Of a stretch of DNA of 35,664 nucleotides, positions 32,465 through 35,664 are shown piece by piece. Position numbers and translations under genes: made by a program. Source of the stretch: Folioceros fuciformis (Eukaryota); assembly GCA_049999805.1 (NCBI GenBank), contig JBNGIO010005642.1, positions 108,447 through 144,110 of the forward strand. Direction: 5' to 3'. Every line of letters starts with the position of its first letter. Within the stretch, counting starts at the first letter, position 1. The notes below the pieces were generated by a model. The model was not told the origin of the DNA. It searched no databases and was given only the letters and a program-made list of their open reading frames with translations.

Positions 32465-35023
32465 ATGGTGCGTGACACCCAGCCTTTACCTGTCAAGGAC
32501 ACCCCTTGCCCAGTGTGTTCTCAACTTTGCTCCGGGGTCAAGGGGGTGAAGTGCCATATTGGTCAAGAGCATAAGAACTTCGATAGGACCACTCGGGTGG
32601 CACAAGTGCAACTTGCTTCTTCCTCCGAACCAGCTACCAATCCTCTTCTAACAGATCCTCTGGGGCCGTCCCCGGAGGCTGGTTGTGGCTTCGAGGGCAA
32701 TCTGATCACTTGCTGGCTCTTTTCAATGCTCGTTTTCCATGTCCTCGCCTCTTCTGACGTCTCTCTAGGCGCCTACATGATGATATTCGCCTTGCTTATC
32801 GTCTTCCCTTGGATCACCTTGCTCGGGACCCGAGGGATGAGGGTGCTTGGATTTTGTTCCTTTTCCTGCCTAGATGGTGCCTTCGGCGCTCTAGGGGTAG
32901 TCCATCAGGTCATAGGGAGGTGGCCTCTTGACTTTGTCGTTTTCGATCCGAAGATTGGCAAGCTCTTCAGGAGAAGGATCTACTAGCAGCAAAATCTCGA
33001 TCGGAGTAAGCTAAGGTTGACAAGGTATGCCATGACCCATTTATAGCGCGTCTTAAGCGGTGTCTCATGTTGGGCAGGGATGGTGAATATGCTCGGGCTG
33101 CTAGAGTATTGTGCCCAGACCCGGCTGCATCTGCAACTGAGGACACCATTGCTGCACTTCGTGCCCTTCATCCAGAACCTCATGACACTATACCGCAAGA
33201 TCTTCTTGACCACACGGTCGAGGAGCCTTTTTGCTTAGATAGGGTTGTTTTTGGACATTCACTCTCTTCTACGCCGCGACTTTCTTCAGGGGGTTTGTCT
33301 GGCACAGTTTATGACCACTTTTTAGATTATTTTTCTCTTGAGGATCCCTCAAGTGGTTTTTCGGAGCTTTATACACTAGCAGCTGCTATGGCTAGGGGCG
33401 AAGTTCCCAATCGAATCTCTCAAGTTTTGGCGGCTAGTAGGCTACTTGCATTGGAAAAGCCCACCTCAAGGGTGCGCCCTATTGCTGTGGGGGAGGTATT
33501 TTTGCGCCTTATCAGCCGAAGTATCGCAATTCAACTTCGGGAGTACTTCCAAGCGCATCTTGCACCCCACCAATTTGGGATTGCTACCCCAGGTGGGTGT
33601 GAATCTGCCGCTCTTGGCATCCAGGCGGCCCTTGAGTTACATCCTTACTACCTAGCTTTGCAGGTTGATATTGAAAATGCTTTCCACACCGTCTCTAGGG
33701 TTGCCATCTTCTCAGAGGTCGAGAGTGCAGGAGATCAATTGGCAAGTCTTATCCCTTTCGTTCGCTCCTTCTATGGCTCGCCATCCAAGCTCTCCTACCA
33801 ACACGGCCCGACTATTGAGGGGGTGTTATGCTGTTGCTGTATGGGAAACAGAGCACCTAAGACTCTATGACTGGATACTGACTAGAGCATCCTGGGCATA
33901 AGCCCTGAATGCTGAAATGACTAGATACTGACTGGAGCATCTCGGGCATAAGCCCTGATGCTGAAGTGCTTGATGATGTCATGTACATGGCCCATGGATG
34001 GCCTGCACATGACATGTATGCCATATATGCATGTGTGCCATGTATGCATGCATATGGAGATGAAGGATGACATATGATGTATGTGGACATGTGGCAGGTG
34101 ATGTGTCATGGCGCATGCAACCTATATGCATGGTTGTGCATGAAAGGTGCGGTGCTATGCCGCATATATAGATAGCAGATTTATATTAGAAGATATTAGA
34201 AAATACATAAAAATCATAAATCAAGGAAAGTAGGATTATAAAGTGCCCACCATCGATACGGGTGGACACTTCATCGAGAACTCCTGAGGGTTTTTGCCTA
34301 TATATGTAGGCACCCAGCCATGGATTCTCGGATTGTTGATGTTTGTCTTGTTCCAATAGACAGCCATACTTCGTCCCTGCTGTGTCTTTGTCTCCTAGAG
34401 GTTCTTGTGGTTCGTTGCATTGCCAGGTTGGGAGAATTTTCCAGCTTGATTTCACCTGTTGACGGGTCCCGGGTCTGCCTCTCTTAGGCAAACCTAGTCT
34501 CTTTTTGTAGCCTTGCTCTTGGCCATAGGTCAAGGACAAATTAAGGCTAGGATTGTTGCTCCTGGGCCGAAGGCCAAGGAGATCGCAGGCAGGCAGAAGC
34601 TTAGTGACCTAGCTTGGTAGACAGGCTAGGTAGGCATGCAGCTATGCGGCTGCTGCGCGACAGGGGTCTCAGTTTTTGATTCAGCAATAGGCACAAGGCA
34701 AGGGGATCCGTTGGGGGGTGCTCCTTTTGCAATGGCGCATTTTCGTGCGTTGTCCTCTATTGCCTTAGCATTTCGGGAATGCCTTTTCCCTTCCGTGGTT
34801 GATGACACTCATTTTCTTGGGCAAGGAGTCACAATCAAAGCAGCATTTGATTTCTTCTCATCACAGCTCTCCAAGGTGGGGTTGCGGGTCAAGCTATCTA
34901 AATGTAGGGTTTGGTCCCCTTCAAGCATCACTCCCCCCCCTTCAATATTTGGGGGGGGATATCACCCCCTCACAAGGACTTCGAGTCTTGGGACCTCCTG
35001 ATTTTGTTCATAGGTTTGTGGAT
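32465..35023 (+). mobile_element. CRE-clade-like non-LTR retrotransposon (N-terminal C2H2 finger + RT), interrupted by a solo LTR and ending at a second LTR insertion
   Basis: CPVCSQLCSGVKGVKCHIGQEH; RLLALEKP..VRPIAVGEVFLRL; HQFGIATPGGCE; VDIENAF; after the insertion GTRQGDPLGG, VDDT, GLRVKLSKC, GLRVLG. No APE endonuclease before the RT. Confidence 0.8.
33824..34662. mobile_element. Solo LTR (839 bp, TG...CA) with GGGG target-site duplication
   Basis: Termini TGTTATGC...GCGCGACA, flanked by GGGG on both sides. Removal restores the host RT frame. Internal ~50-bp duplication (33870-33965) and a tatata box. Confidence 0.8.
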
Positions 35024-35664
35024 TGTTGGAAATAAAGCCAACATTAGGATAAAGAACTTAGGGTTTCATTAAGTGAACCGTTTCAGAGTTTAGTATTTAA
35101 ACAACATACACATACAATTTTGTATTCAATTTATTGTTTTGTATCAAGATTTGTTGTTCCAAACTACTCTCCGTAAATTCTCATGGTATCAGAGCTCCAA
35201 ATGCTCTCTACTTTTCTGAAGGCATAATGCCTGGCCGGGGTAGACCTCGTGCAGATCGATGTCAACAAAGGAGACGACGTTGTGGTAGTACTAGTAGGCT
35301 ACAAAGCACAAACCGAGTTCCTATAGACTTTGTTCTGGATCTATACGAGGCTAACTACCCTGACATACGGCTAAGACAGTGGGTTGCTAGAAATGAGGGC
35401 ACAGCAAGTTCCAGAGCGCGTGCCATCAGGCTGCAGCAGTTGAGAACCTCTGAAGTAGATTCCCTCTACCGTGCCCGGTGCATTGCTAGGAACCAGCCTG
35501 ATCCTCGTTCTCAACTATTTTGTCAAGCGTGCCGAGGAGGAGTCCACAATTTCAGCCTCATCCCCCAACACACCTGAATTCAGTCCTATTGCTGATTGGG
35601 AATTACAAGCTTTTGGAGAAGTCTGCAATCATCCAAATTACAACAGGACAATTAGGTGGCTGAG
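35024..35664 (+). mobile_element. 5' end of an LTR retrotransposon: 160-bp LTR (35024-35183), tRNA-iMet PBS (35184-35195), then an unrecognised ORF (ATG 35227-35577)
   Basis: TGTTGG...TTCTCA directly followed by TGGTATCAGAGC; the CRE-like RT reading stops at the LTR start. Confidence 0.8.

Overview
Plant nuclear DNA, most likely from a seed-free land plant. A hornwort is the best guess, from ~70-120 nt introns, a KP-type DYW editing factor and a plastid-type MurB remnant. Two host genes look intact. One is a 24-exon FAD amine-oxidase/cyclopropane fatty acid synthase fusion (8664-13426, +) with a possible extra N-terminal exon. The other is an intronless PLS-class PPR gene (15550-18060, -) ending in a DYW:KP (candidate U-to-C editing) domain and carrying an N-terminal OSB-type 'PDF' motif. 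That PPR gene is flanked on both sides by decayed copies of itself, spaced at a period shorter than its CDS. The rest is a transposon landscape: a decayed Ty1/copia element with extra ORFs (left end), a CACTA terminus and transposase remnant, a MurB pseudogene, an L1-type LINE, a copia 3' fragment, minisatellites (one telomere-like), a CRE-like non-LTR element split by a solo LTR, and the 5' end of another LTR element at the right edge.
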